A stretch of 64,000 nt of DNA from Octopus sinensis (GCF_006345805.1 NC_043014.1:46066001-46130000); one strand, 5' to 3'; numbered from the stretch's first letter, positions 27,650 through 40,454 are shown. A program made the numbers and translations. The notes: generated by a model not told the origin, from the sequence alone.

Positions 27650-28065
27650 CTATTTCTTTACTACCCACAAGGGGCTAAACACAGAGAGGACAAACAAGGA
27701 CAGACAAACGGATTAAGTCGATTATATCGACCACAGTGCGTAACTGGTACTTATTTAATCGACCCTGAAAGGATGAAAGGTAAAGTCGACCTCGGCGGAA
27801 TTTGAACTCGGAACGTAACGGCAGACGAAATACCTATTTCTTTATTACCCACAAGGGGCTACACATAGAAGGGACAAACAAGGACAGACATAGGTATTAA
27901 GTCGATTACATCGACCCCAGTGCGTAACTGGTACTTAATTTATCGACCCCGAAAGGATGAAAGGTAAAGTCGACCTCGGCGGAATTTGAACTCGGAACGT
28001 AACGGCAGACGAAATACTGCTATGCATTTCGCCCGGCGTGCTAACGTTTCTGCCAGCTCGCCGCC
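27650..28065 (-). mobile_element. SINE B dimer
   Basis: TSD-like tgtacgtgtgttt on both sides. Confidence 0.9.
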
Positions 28066-28462
28066 TTAAATGTACGTGTGTTTCTACGAATGTGTGCCTG
28101 TGTGTGTGTGCATACATGTGTATGTGCGTATTTATGTGTGTGTTGTGGTAGTCAGGGCGGGGTGTGTGTGTGTGTGTACGTGTGCACGCGTGTATATGTG
28201 GGCCTGTGCATGTGTGTGTGTGTTATATTTATCAGGGTAGTGTGTGTATCGAGTATGTGTGTGTATGTCTGTGTTATATTTGTCAGGGTGCTGTATGTGT
28301 ACGTGTGTGTGCATGTATGTATTACGTTTGCCGGGTGGTGTGCATGTGTGCGTATGTGTGTATATAAGTGTGTGTGTGTTGCGTTTGTTAGGGTGTATGT
28401 GTATATATGTGTGTGTATTCACGCGTGTGTGTGCATGCGCGTGTGTATATACATGTATGTGC

Positions 28463-28505
<43 letters not shown>

Positions 28506-29039
28506 CGTGTGTCTGTGAGTGTTTCTTGTGACTTTTAGATTGTGTTGAGTTTTATCTTCTTGTCAAAGACTACTACTTGATCGGGATATATTCATGTAGA
28601 CTAATTCTTATCTTCTTATATTTACAAAAGTGGAAGCACATGGCCTAGTGGTTAGAGCAGCGGACAGGCGGTCGAAGGATCGCGGGTTCGAATTTCAGAC
28701 CGCGCAGTGTGTGTGTTTATGAGCGATGCACCTAAGCTCCACGCGGCTCCGGCAGAAGGTAATGGCGAAACTTCCGCTGACTCTTTCGCCACAAATTTCT
28801 CTCACTCCTGCATCTTGCAGCTCACCTGCGACGGACTGACGTCCCGTCCAGGTGGGGAACCTTTACGCTAAGGAAACCGGGAAAACCGGCCCTTATGAGC
28901 CAGGCTTGGCTCGCGAAGGAACAACATATATTTATTTTTAAAAATCATTACCAGGTCTGAATGTTTTTATGTAAATTATTTATTGACTCATCGCAAAGGA
29001 CACACAAAGCTTCAAACCTTTTCTTATCATTGTCAAATA

Positions 29040-29372
29040 CTCTCTTTTACTCACTTTTACTTGTTTCAGTCATTTGACTGCGGCCATGCTGGAGCACCGC
29101 CTTTAGTCGAGCAAATCGACCCTGGGACTTATTCATTGTAAGCCCAGTACTTATTCTATCGGTCTCTTTTTGCCGAACCGCTAATTTACGGGGACGTAAA
29201 CACACCAGCACCGGTTGTCAAGCAATGCTAGGGAGACAAACACAAACACACACACACACATACATATATATACATATATACGACAGGCTTCTTTCAGTTT
29301 CCGTCTACCAAATCCAATCACAAGACATTGGTCGGCCCGGGGCTATAGCAGAAGACACTCGCCCAAGATGCC
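29040..29372 (-). mobile_element. SINE A, 5' truncated
   Basis: Same consensus. Confidence 0.9.
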
Positions 29373-29565
29373 ACTCTGTAACTTTATTTGAATACATTTA
29401 CGTAAACTAATTTTTGCCAGTGGATATACAGTGGATATACAGAGCCTCGCTCTCTACTTTTGAAAATCTTTTTAAATAAATGAAACCGGTTAAGTAAATA
29501 AATACTTTAAAATGACTCCTGCATTTCAAATTCTTTTCTCATATTATATTATATATATATATATA

Positions 29566-30004
29566 GGCGCAGGAGTGGCTGTGTGGTAAGTAGCTTGCTT
29601 ACCAACCACATGGTTCCGGGTTCAGTCCCACTGCGTGGCATCTTGGGCAAGTGTCTTCTGCTATAGCCTCGGGCCGACCAAAGCCTTGTGAGTGGATTTG
29701 GTAGACGGAAACTGAAAGAAGCCCTTCGTATATATGTATATATATATATAATATATATATATATATATTATATATATATATATGGGTGTGTGTGTGTTGT
29801 GTTTGTCCCCCTAGCATTGCTTGACAACCGATGCTGGTGTGTGTTTATGTCCCCGTTACTTAGCGGTTCGGCAAAAGAGACCGATAAAATAAGTACTGGG
29901 CTTACAAAAGAATAAGTCCCGGGGTCGAGTTGCTCGATTAAAGGCGGTGCTCCAGCATGTCCGCAGTCAAATGACTGAAACAAGTAAAAGAGTAAAGAGT
30001 AAAA
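29566..30004 (+). mobile_element. SINE A
   Basis: Same consensus. Confidence 0.9.
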
Positions 30005-30026
30005 GATATATATATATATATATATA

Positions 30027-30660
30027 CTAGCAGTATCGCCCGGCGTTGCTCGGGTTTGTAAGGGGAAATAACTATATAAGCATTTTTAGAGAGTTATAGC
30101 CAAAAATAGCAAAAAAAATGCATTAAAATGGAAAAAATATGATGGTAAATTTTTTTTTAAATCGTTGACTCATCGTAGACATTTTTAGGAGAGTTACTTC
30201 CCTTATATAATAGCGAAAAAATGCATTAAAATGGAAAAAAACGATGGTAAATTTTTTTTTAATCGTAGACTCATGTAGACGCTTCTTAGCCATTTTGTTT
30301 TTGGTGTCTTCAAGCATGAAGTCGTTGTTCTAAAAGAACACATGGTCTCCTTGACAACGCATTACGACGTTGATTTCCTTACACTCCCTTCCCCACAGGT
30401 GCAGTGTGAGCGTGGACGCCAACTCCGCCGCCATCGACACACGAAAAATTATGCATTAAAATGGAATAAAAAATGATGTTAAATTATTTTAAAATCGTAG
30501 ACTCATCGTAGACGCGCGCTAATATTCAGACGGGCTCGATATGAATCACGACTATAAGATACCCGAATTTGGTTAAACTGTACCGCAAAATGTGGGAGTA
30601 GTTAGGAATCTAAATCGAAGGGGACAGACACTCCACAAACTACAGTTTTATATATATAGA
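30027..30660 (-). mobile_element. Non-autonomous Helitron, long variant
   Basis: A^TC...hairpin CTAG^T on the minus strand. Confidence 0.88.
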
Positions 30661-30719
30661 TATACATAGCGCAGTAGTGGTGATATGACAGCAAAGAAAA
30701 GCATACATTCACTCTCTGC

Positions 30720-31070
30720 ATGCAATTAGACTCGGAAAGTTCGTGAGGAACCCATTGACCCAATTTGCTGACTTTTCCGATAGCACACAGGTGTCAATGA
30801 ATGGTTGAATGACCAAATCCAAGCTTCTCTGCTAGTTCCTCAACAGTTACGATGATATTTTGTTCCACCAGGGTTTTCAGGATGTCCTTGTCGAGTTCTA
30901 CAGATCTTTCAGGATGAGGCTCGTCTTCTAGGCTGTAGTTTATGGCTCGGATTTCTGGAACCACCATTGACACTGCCTTACGCTTATTGTCCAATCCCCA
31001 TAGACTGCATTAATATTTCTTGTACTTTGCACACATTTATATTCTGTTATTCTTTTATATGTTTCAGCCT
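30720..31070 (-). pseudogene. mariner transposase N-terminal (HTH) fragment
   Basis: NINAVYGDWTISVRQCQWWFQK and SLEDEPHPERSVELDKDILKTLVEQN..TVEELAEKLGFGHSTIH. Confidence 0.8.
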
Positions 31071-31479
31071 TGAGGTTGTGGCCATGCTGGATCATGTGTG
31101 TGTGTGTGTGGTGTGTGGTGTCTATCTGTCTGTCTGTCTGTATGTATATATGTATATGTATGGGTGTGAACAATAATATTTTCAACAGATGTGTTGCAAA
31201 TGTATCTGATTGTTCTCAAGCTTCAATACTGTGTGTGTGTGTATGTGGGTGTGTTATGTATGTATTGTATATGTATGTATGTATGTATATGTATGTAGTT
31301 ATGTATGTGTGTATGTATGTGTGTGTATGTAGTGTGTGTGTATGTGTGTGTGGTTGTGTATGTATGTATGTATGTATGTATGTATGTATGTATGTATGTA
31401 TGTATGTATGAGTGTATGTTTACTTTATTAATAATTCTCTCTTCCAAGAACATTTTCACTCACTCTTAGCTCTTAGCTT

Positions 31480-32117
31480 CCCATACATTTTACTCATGTA
31501 TCTATCAGCGTCATAGACAGAATACTTTCACTTTAGTCTTCCTCAAATCACTCTGTGGCTATTTACTTTCATTTTATTCGTTGCCCACTGTGTGGTGTGC
31601 GTTTGCGTGTGGTGTAAACCAGACTAAGAAAAGCATTTGACACACACACCAGAATGTGAGTTTTCTGTAAATTGCTAATGGAGTTTAAATTTTAAAAACT
31701 GGACCTGGCATGACGCGATGCATTGTACTCTCAAAAATGCTAGGTAAATTGTAATTGAAGAAATCCTATATTGTAGATTTGTATAACTCCCAAAGGGAGG
31801 CAGATAAAATCTGCCTTTTATAATAAGAGATATATTATATATCTCTTATTATAAAAGGCAGATTTTATCTGCCTCCCTTGGGAGTTATACAAATCTACAA
31901 TATAGGATTTCTTCAATTACAATTTATCTAGCAATTTTAAGAGTACAATGCATCGCGTCATGCCAGGTTCAGTTTTTAAAATTTAAACTCCAATCAAGCA
32001 AAATTTACAGAAAACTCACATTCTGGTGTGGTGTTGTGTGTGTCAAATGCTTTTCTTAGTCTGGTTACACCACACGCAAACGCACACACACAGTGGGCAA
32101 CGAATAAAATGATAGTA
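31480..32117. repeat. Head-to-head inverted pair of a second interspersed repeat family (arms about 270 bp); longer copy at 41366-42240
   Basis: 31560-31830 is the reverse complement of 31841-32117. Subterminal palindrome ggcagattttatctgcc. Confidence 0.85.
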
Positions 32118-32993
32118 ATTCACTTACTGTAGTGAGTGATTCTTTCACTCTGCCCCCACTTCCTCTTTCAACACATAGACACGCAAATATATAAATAAAA
32201 TTGTAAGCTAACGTGCGTGTGTGTGAGTGTTGTGTTGTGTGTGTGCTGTGTGCGCGTGTGTGTGTGAGGGTGCGTGTGTGTGTGTGGTGTGTGCGTGTGC
32301 GTGAGTGTGTGACAGGAAAGTTTTTACGACGAATATAACACCTATATCCAAGTAGCAGAAAGATAAGACAGTAGGTGTTGATTTGAGGGAGATTTGGCTG
32401 CTATTTCTACCATGTCTACCTGCCATGTAGGGGTCTCCCTCATAGGCTCATACATACATATATACATAGATAAGACAGTAAGGTGTGATTGGGGGGAAAT
32501 TTGGCTGCTATTTCTACCAGGTCTAGCTACCATGTAGAGGTCCCCCTCATTGGCTCTATATATATATACATACATAAGACAGTAAGGTGTGATTTGAGGG
32601 AGATTTGGCTGCTGTTTCTACCAGGTCTGTAGGCCTTCTCATATAAACTCAAGCTTTCTCATGCCTTGAACATAAGACCAAAGCAGAGAATGTATTCTTA
32701 TTCTTCTGCTTTTTCCAGCCATTGGTTGTGGCCATGCTGGGGGCAAATGCCTTGAAGAATTGTAGCTTAATGAATCAACTCCAGTTTTATTTTTGTAAGC
32801 ATTGTACTTATTCTATCTGTTTCCTTTGTCAAACCACTAGGTGACAGGGATGTAAACAAACCAACATTCGTTGTCAAGCAGTGGTGGAGGACAATCACAA
32901 GCACAGACACGCACACACACACACACATACATGCAGACACATATACACATACATACATACATACATATATATATATGTGTGTGTATATATATA

Positions 32994-33252
32994 TTGCAGC
33001 GTGGAAGGTGTTTGTAAGCCATTTAAGAAACACACAAAAACCGTTTGATTCACTTCAACATTTAAATTTAATTTGCCAAAATATTTTCCTCGCTTTGAGA
33101 CCGCGACCTGTTCACTGACAAAAATATCGTGCTAACAGGTCGCGGTCTCAAAGCGAGGAAAATATTTTGACAAATTAAATTTAAATGTTGAAGTGAATCT
33201 AACGGTTTTTGTGTGTTTCTTAAATGGCTTATAAACACCTTCAACGCGGCAA
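32994..33252. repeat. 119-bp inverted repeat with 21-bp spacer
   Basis: 32994-33112 versus 33134-33252; five mismatches counted. Confidence 0.92.
33072..33124 (-). ncRNA. Hammerhead-like motif, G3:C8 core variant, in an inverted repeat arm
   Basis: Minus strand: tttgtca | GTGAACA | g gtcgc ggtctcaaa gcgag | GAAA | atat | TT | tggcaaa. G.G mismatch at the base of stem II. Confidence 0.5.
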
Positions 33253-33417
33253 CTGTTTTCGTTCCAGCACACGATCTCAGATCAAGTCACTTGCTATGCA
33301 AGTACATCTCTGTAACTATATATATATTTATATATAATATTATATATATGTATATTGGTAAAAACAGTAAGATAACAAAAGAAAGAAAGAGACCTCATAT
33401 TATGTAAATAGAGGAAA

Positions 33418-33809
33418 TCTTTATATATAAAAGTGAGGTTGTGTGTCTGTCTCCTACGATTAGATTCCTAACTACTCCCACATTTTGCGGTGCAGTTTAA
33501 CCAAAACCGGGTATCTTATAGTCGTGATTCATATCGAGACCGTCTGGGTATTAGCGCGCGTCTACAATGAGTCTACGATTTAAAAAAAATTTACCATCAA
33601 TTTTTCCCATTTTAAATCCTTTTTTGACATATATAAGGAAGTAACTCTCTAAAATTTATTATTAAATCTCAGAACGTAAAAAGCTACAGTAACACCCCTC
33701 CCCCTTTGTGGTTAGCCATATTGAGATGGCTATTATAGTTTACATCTCTAAAAATGCTTATATAATTATTTCCCTTACAAACCCGAGCAACGCCGGGCGA
33801 TACTGCTAG
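33418..33809 (+). mobile_element. Non-autonomous Helitron, same family
   Basis: A^TC...hairpin CTAG^T. Confidence 0.88.
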
Positions 33810-33825
33810 TATATATATATATATA

Positions 33826-34461
33826 TAGTAATACTAAGTAATTAAGGGTTTAGCAATGATTTGCCTCACCACACACCGAAATTTAGAAATAGCAGTCAAA
33901 GAGTTATAGCTATTCTTTCTACTAAAAGGGAGATCTCAGTAAAACCACATCACTTGAAAGGCAAACACAGACAGGCAAGAGAGGAAGAAATGACGGCAAT
34001 CTATCATACAATTTTAAGTCACCTACGGACGTACGTTTCGAAATTAAGTTTTAGGAAAGCATAAGAATTAAATAATTATGTCTTACCCAACTTCTTTTCT
34101 CATCAGCGTAGGACACTACAATTATGAATAATTGTATATTAAATTTCGAGATAGTAGAAGGCATCATCTCAACTCAGTATCAGAGCGAGCTAAAGCCGTT
34201 ACCAGTATCACCAAATTCAAAGTGTGAATGAAAGTTTGTGTCACCAACCCCTTCCCACCAGCGTGTAGCCAAGACAAGATGTTGTGGTCATTTACTGGGA
34301 TGAAATATGGTTATCAGTAATAATATAGGGTGAAATTAATTAATTTGGAATAATCATTAATTTCACCAAGTAGATTTCGGCATGTAAAAGCCTCATTCGA
34401 GGAAAGTTTAAGTAATACTAAGTAATTAAGGGTTTAGCAACGATTTGCCTCACCACACACT
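33826..34461 (+). repeat. About 585-bp unit with a roughly 50-bp terminal direct repeat in (TA)n; second partial copy at 43480-43650
   Basis: agtaatactaagtaattaagggtttagcaa.gatttgcctcaccacacac occurs at both ends. Confidence 0.7.
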
Positions 34462-34644
34462 ATATATATTTATATATTATATATATAATATATATATATT
34501 ATATATATATATATATATATAATATATATATATATAATTATATATATATCCTTTAGTGTTCAGATTATTTGTCAAATGCAATACTTATCTGTTCACATTA
34601 ATTTTGATTTTTCAGGTTCAAGTGGGGTGTCCACAATATTTTCA

Positions 34645-34968
34645 AAAAAAAGCATTCCGTCGGTTACGGCGACGAGAGTCCCAGCTGATACGATCAACGG
34701 AACAGCTTGCTCGTGAAATTAACGTGTAAGTGGCTGAGCATTCCACAGACACGCGTACCCTTAACGTAGTTCTCGGGGATATTCAGCGTGACACAGGGTG
34801 TGACAAGGCCGGCCCTTTGAAATACAGGTACAACTCATTTTTGCCAGCTGAGTGGACTGGAGCAACGTGAAATAAAGTGTCTTGCTCAAGGACACAACGC
34901 GTCGCCGGGAATCGAACTCACAACCTTACGATCTTGAGCCGAATGCCCTAACCACTAAACCACGCACC
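34645..34968 (-). mobile_element. tRNA-derived SINE family D (related heads at 165-300 and 1135-1410)
   Basis: tggtttagtggttagg, gagttcgattccc, ccttgagcaagacactttatttcacgttgctccag. Confidence 0.85.
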
Positions 34969-35526
34969 CTCACCCACAATATTTACTTGTAACTTTGTTA
35001 ATTTTCTACATACAGCTTTGAAACTTTGTAAATGGGTGCTTATATGCCAGTGGATTATAATTACGTAATTTTAGCTGATCTTTCTGACGAAATTTGATTT
35101 TGATGGACAGGTAAATTTAATAAACAGGTGTAAAAACAATAACATTATGAATAAACACTAAAATTCATATTCTTAATACATCTTACCTGTTTGGTTTGCT
35201 GCTAAAATTATCCCAGATGTCAACGGCCAACAATTTTACATTTTTCAAGATGAGGTACATTAATTTGAATTAATTAAAATACAGGTGTAATTGGTACAAG
35301 ATTCTACTCTTTTTCTATATTTCATTCAAATGTCATCATTGAAAAGAAAGTACAAAACTCTTTTACTAGTCAATATACCATTGGCTATGCACTCTTATAC
35401 AATTTAATGAATTCATTCACCTAACAGAATGCATCTAATAAAAAAAATCTCATTAACAGGTGAGACAAAGGTGAATACAGGTGTGTAACATACTGAAAAT
35501 TAATATGTAGTTCTCACTTTCACATA

Positions 35527-35833
35527 TCTTTATATATAAAATTCAAGTTCTGTGTGTGAGACTCTGTCTACTCCGATTTAGATTCCTAACTACTCCCACA
35601 TTTTGCGGTGCAGTTTAACCAAAAGCGGGTATCTTATAGTCGTCATTCATATCGAGCCCTTCTGGGTATTAGCACGCGTCTACGATGAGTCTACGATTTA
35701 AAACAAAATTTACCATCATTTTTCCGCATTTTTAATGATTTTTGCTCGGGTTATGTAAGGGAAGTAACTCTCTAAAAATGCTTATATAGTTATTTCCCTT
35801 ACAAACCCGAGCAACGCCGGGCGACACTGCTAG
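35527..35833 (+). mobile_element. Non-autonomous Helitron nested just 3' of the piggyBac transposase
   Basis: A^TC...hairpin CTAG^T. Confidence 0.88.
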
Positions 35834-35873
35834 TTATATTATAAAATGAAAAGGAATATGCAAAATTATACAT

Positions 35874-37548
35874 TTATGGCATATTTCTGTCTTGAAATTG
35901 TCCAAAGCACCCTTTACACAAGAGCACTTGGCAAAATGAACACATATATAAGGTCTCGACCTGGTATCCTTTTGCAGTTTTTCTTTTTTGCTGCGAGCAC
36001 AGTCTGCAAACTTTTTTTCGTCCGCTTATTTTTTCGACTTGATGAAAGTCAATATTTTCTCTGATGACATCCACCTCAGTTAATTTTGCTTTTCTCCCAG
36101 TTCTGTGCTTTCTAGAAGAAAAGCCCTCACGTAACTGAGATGCGATGTCAACCCGAAATTTCAAGTGGTCGTAGTCTTTTGGTGGCGGAGGTACTTTGTG
36201 GCTTTTTACATATACAATGTGTGCATTTACTATTGTTAAATTAACTAAAAACTACAAAATGTACCTCCACCATTTCTTCCCAGGTCGACCAACTGGGTAA
36301 TATGCCCGATATTGGTGGGATTTTTCTACCCCACCCATATATTTGTTGTAACAAATATTCACAAGGGGTTTCCCCTCAGCACCAACACCAGGTTGTTCGT
36401 TAGAAGACAGAAATAAAATCTGTCTTTTGTCTTTAAATGCAGTAACTAATAAATTTTCTTTTTGCATTTGCAAAATGTCCCCTCTTTTTTTTTTAATTTT
36501 GTTTTTATTTCACGGAGTAAACCTTTACGGTTTCCCGCAACAGTGCTGCACATGTAAGTGCTTACACGGGCAAGATTTTCAGCCAAAGCCACTGAAGAAA
36601 AAAACGGTCGAAATAGAGGTGTCGGTGCTGATGGTGAAAAGGTTGTGTAAGGGACCATACAACATCATGTCCTAATCCATGCGGTCTTTTCCCATTATAC
36701 TTCTTACCTGTGTAAGCATCGAAGTTTACACAGTATCCCGTCTCCGATTCACAAACTTCCCATACCTTGATCCACCATTTAGTAGGTTTGGCAGGCATGT
36801 ACTGCCGAAAATGTACTCTGCCCTTATAGCCTATCATGGCTTCATCTACACTGAGATTTTTCCCAGGTAAATAAACAGTTTTATAATTATTTACAAGTAA
36901 ATCTATCACGGGACGTACTTTGTGCAGGGGATCGTAGTTTGGGTCGTTTTTGTTGGGGGCATTGGCAGAATCATTTAAATGCAAATACTGAGATATTTTC
37001 GAATACCTCGTCTTCGACATGATGTTCGAAATATATGGGTCGCCATACCTTACATCGGGACTCCAATAGTTTCACAGTCGAGGAAGCTGTTTAACTCCAA
37101 ACAGTTAATTGTGAAAAACGCTCTCATTTCCGCAGTATTAGTTGGCTGCCATGGTGGATCGTTTCTTCCTCGAACAGAAATTAAATGTTGCGCATACTTG
37201 TTCGTTTCCTCCGCAACATTTTCAAAACAACTTTCAGGCAAAAATAAAAACAGATAGTCCAGTGGTTGAGCATCAGGAGGTAAATTATGTTGTGGACCAG
37301 GGTTTTCTGTAAAATCAGAAATTGTGACTGGTGTCGTAATTTTCGACCATGTTGCCTTGTTTACAATATCCGTCTTCATCACTTTCATTTTCGTCACTTT
37401 CGTTATCGAAATCTTCTTCGTCCGACGAGTAATCACTGATATCAATATCAGATTCATCCGAAGTCAAAATACTTTTGTTTTCGTTGATATCTTCAATATC
37501 ATCAATGGTAGAACCTTCAAAGTCGGAATCGCTACTTGCTGACGCCAT
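35874..37548 (-). pseudogene. piggyBac transposase pseudogene
   Basis: Acidic N-terminus MASASSDSDFEG. Motifs DPLHKVRPVID, LSVDEAMIGYKGR, YMPAKPTKW and LYFDRFF. YNKYMGGVEKSHQ replaces the canonical GGVDxxDQ. C-terminal CRLC...CSFCQVLLCKGCF. Multiple frameshifts. Confidence 0.92.
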
Positions 37549-38222
37549 TTCTTTCACAACAAACGTATACACTTCTCTTCAAACATGTGGTCGAAACAAT
37601 TTCACAGTATTTATACTTGAATAAAGGCGGGAAAGGCTTCATCTCGAATTATCTCAAAGCTACGAGAATTTAATAACGTGATTTGTTTTTTTTTTTTAGC
37701 GATTTCGTAGAGCGGTCGGATACGGCCGGATTTGGCCGGTTTGAACAAATAAAGGGGAATTAATTTTGGCCGGTTTGAACACACACAATTTAGTACAATT
37801 GTTTCATACTATAACAATTTATTAAAGCTGCAAATATTACAGCAAATATAATATGTCAAGTAATTTTCAGCTAATTTCATATAGGTTTTCCAATAATGTA
37901 AAGTTCTCAAATCAATTAGTAACATCTTAGAGAGTGTAAATATACCGATAAAGTTGTAGATGTGAGTTCCAGGAACTTGAAGCAAGATTCCAAGCAAACC
38001 ATATATGCTTTTCAACAATGTAAAGTTCTCAAATTAATTAGTGACATCCCAGAGAAGGTAAATATACTCATAAAGTTGTGGATATTAATTTCAGGAAACA
38101 TGAAGAAAGATGCCAGTCAGGCCACGATAAAGATCGCATCTAACTGTTGCAAGAAAAATTCCAAAAATTCTGGTGCATCTAAGTTAAGTACCATATTCAT
38201 TTGAATCTAAATTGTTATGCTG

Positions 38223-38284
<62 letters not shown>

Positions 38285-38285
38285 T

Positions 38286-38497
38286 ACTCTTTTTACACTT
38301 TTACTTGTTTCAGTCATTTGACTGCGGCCATGCTGGAGCACCGCCTTCAATCGAGCAACTCGACCCCGGGACTTATTCTTTTGTAAGCCCAGTACTTATT
38401 CTATCGGTCTCTTTTGCCGAACCGCTAAGTGACGGCGACGTAAACACACCAGCATCGGTTGTTAAGCAATGCTAGGGGGACAAACACACACACGCAA

Positions 38498-38539
<42 letters not shown>

Positions 38540-38670
38540 GACAGGCTTCTTTCAGTTTCCGTCTACCAAATCCACTCACAAGGCATTGGTCGGCCCGGGG
38601 CTATAGTAGAAGACACTTGCCCAAGATGCCACGCAGTGGGACTGAACCCGGAACCATGTGGTTGGTTAGC
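38286..38670 (-). mobile_element. SINE A
   Basis: Same consensus. Confidence 0.9.
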
Positions 38671-38808
38671 AATATATATATATATATATATATACATACT
38701 TTCGTGCAGTGGAAACATTTTGATAATTGCCTAAATAAATACAATAAAATAAGCCTTGTATGCCTGTTAACTTTGTTCTTCTTATTTATTTTATTGGATT
38801 AACGTTAT

Positions 38809-38861
<53 letters not shown>

Positions 38862-39462
38862 TTATTATATTATTATTATTATTATTATATCTTTATTTAA
38901 GCAACGGTCACTGTTTTCCTTGTTCTATCAATGTCTTTCCATATCACAACCACCACCACAACGAAGACGACGACGACCACCACCACCAACACGACCACCA
39001 ACACGACCACCGCCGCAGCCGCAATCATATTATTTCCTTTTCTATCCTTTCTCTTTCCTTTTTCTCTCTTTGTTTATATTTTTGTTACTCAACAACGCTC
39101 TTCAAAACTTGTTTACATTCACCTCAATGCATTACATGTCAACGTATAAGACTTTATTATTTACAAATAAAAAAGAGAAAAAATACAGGTCGATAGTAAC
39201 TCCGAAGTTTCACCTACGTCGCACATAGAGAGATGAGAGACAGGTTAAACTTTAAAGTCACTGATAACCTATATATATATATACTTTATTTTAAGCAGCA
39301 GAAAATAAAGCATATTACTCTACCACTGGTATTTGAGTACTCTTTTTTCCACCTTGTTTCACATTTATTGTTTACTCCGGTATATTAATATATATATTAT
39401 ATATATATATATATTATATATATATATATATATTATATATATTATATATAATATATATATAT

Positions 39463-39670
39463 ATCAAAATAAACAACAAGAATGACTCCAGCATTTGGTA
39501 CGATCGTTTCGTACTACATCATTTTTTGGTATTAATGGAAAACCTCTATAATTGGCTGATGAGTACTCAACATCTTAAATATGTTGTAATACTTACAACA
39601 TTCAATAAAATGATGTAGTACGAAACGATCGTACCAAATTGCCGGAGTCATTCTTGTTGCTTATTTTGAT
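39463..39670. repeat. About 63-bp inverted repeat enclosing a hammerhead
   Basis: 39463-39525 versus 39607-39670. Confidence 0.9.
39550..39640 (+). ncRNA. Type I hammerhead ribozyme with canonical core, Penelope pLTR-like
   Basis: ttgg | CTGATGA (39556-39562) | gtact-ca-acatc...gatgt-agtac | GAAA (39622-39625) | cgatcg | TA | ccaa. GUA cleavage triplet and palindromic stem III. Confidence 0.8.
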
Positions 39671-39769
39671 TATAATCGCCCCGCGGATTTTTATGGATAA
39701 CACCATACAAAATTCTGGTGCATCTAAATTAAGTACCATATTCATTTGAATCTAAATTTTTGCTGAACT

Positions 39770-39801
<32 letters not shown>

Positions 39802-40075
39802 TGTATGTATGTATATAAATCCGGGATCTGGAATTATCCAGTAAATTTTTGCTAGTTTATTTTGTCTTTTGACTTCTCTCCTGGTGCTGTATGAACATTT
39901 AATGTGGTTTTAGCTGTTATTTCCAACGCGGTGGTATCTCTTAGATGCTTTAAATTATAATTTTAATAATAATTATTACCTTTGTAGGTTTTTATTCTCA
40001 TACTGGCCATCTTATGCTTATATATATATATATACATTCTCCCTATATATATATATATTCATACATAATATATAC

Positions 40076-40454
40076 ACTCTTTACTCTTTTACTTGTTTCA
40101 CCGCCTTTAATCGAGCAACTCGACCCCGGGACTTATTCTTTTTGTAAGCCTAGTACTTATTCTATCGGTCTATTTTGCCGAACCGCTAAGTAACGGGGAC
40201 ATAAACACACCAGCATCGGTTGTCAAGCAATGCTAGGCGGACAAACACAGACACACAAACAAACACACATACATATATATATACATATATACGACGGGTT
40301 TCTTTCAGTTTCCGTCTACCAAATCCACTCACAAGGCATTGGTCGGCCCGGGGCTATAGCAGAAGACACTTGCCCAAGATGCCACGCAGTGGGACTGAAC
40401 CCGAAACCATGTGGTTGGTAAGCAAGCTACTTACCACACAGCCACTCCTGCGCC
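40076..40454 (-). mobile_element. SINE A
   Basis: Same consensus. Confidence 0.9.

Larger units (their letters stand above)
34550..37757 (-). mobile_element. piggyBac DNA transposon, near complete and decayed, with nested SINE and Helitron insertions
   Basis: Transposase relic at 35874-37548. The ends are tentative: cctttagtgttcaga at 34550 versus tgaacaaataaagg near 37742-37755. TTAA sites are not preserved. Confidence 0.6.

Noticed and set aside
34364-34407. Possible minus-strand hammerhead (cc tcgaatga ggc..gcc gaaa tctac tt gg)
   Set aside because: The core deviates at positions 4-5 and stem III is not self-complementary. Worth rechecking only against a family consensus.
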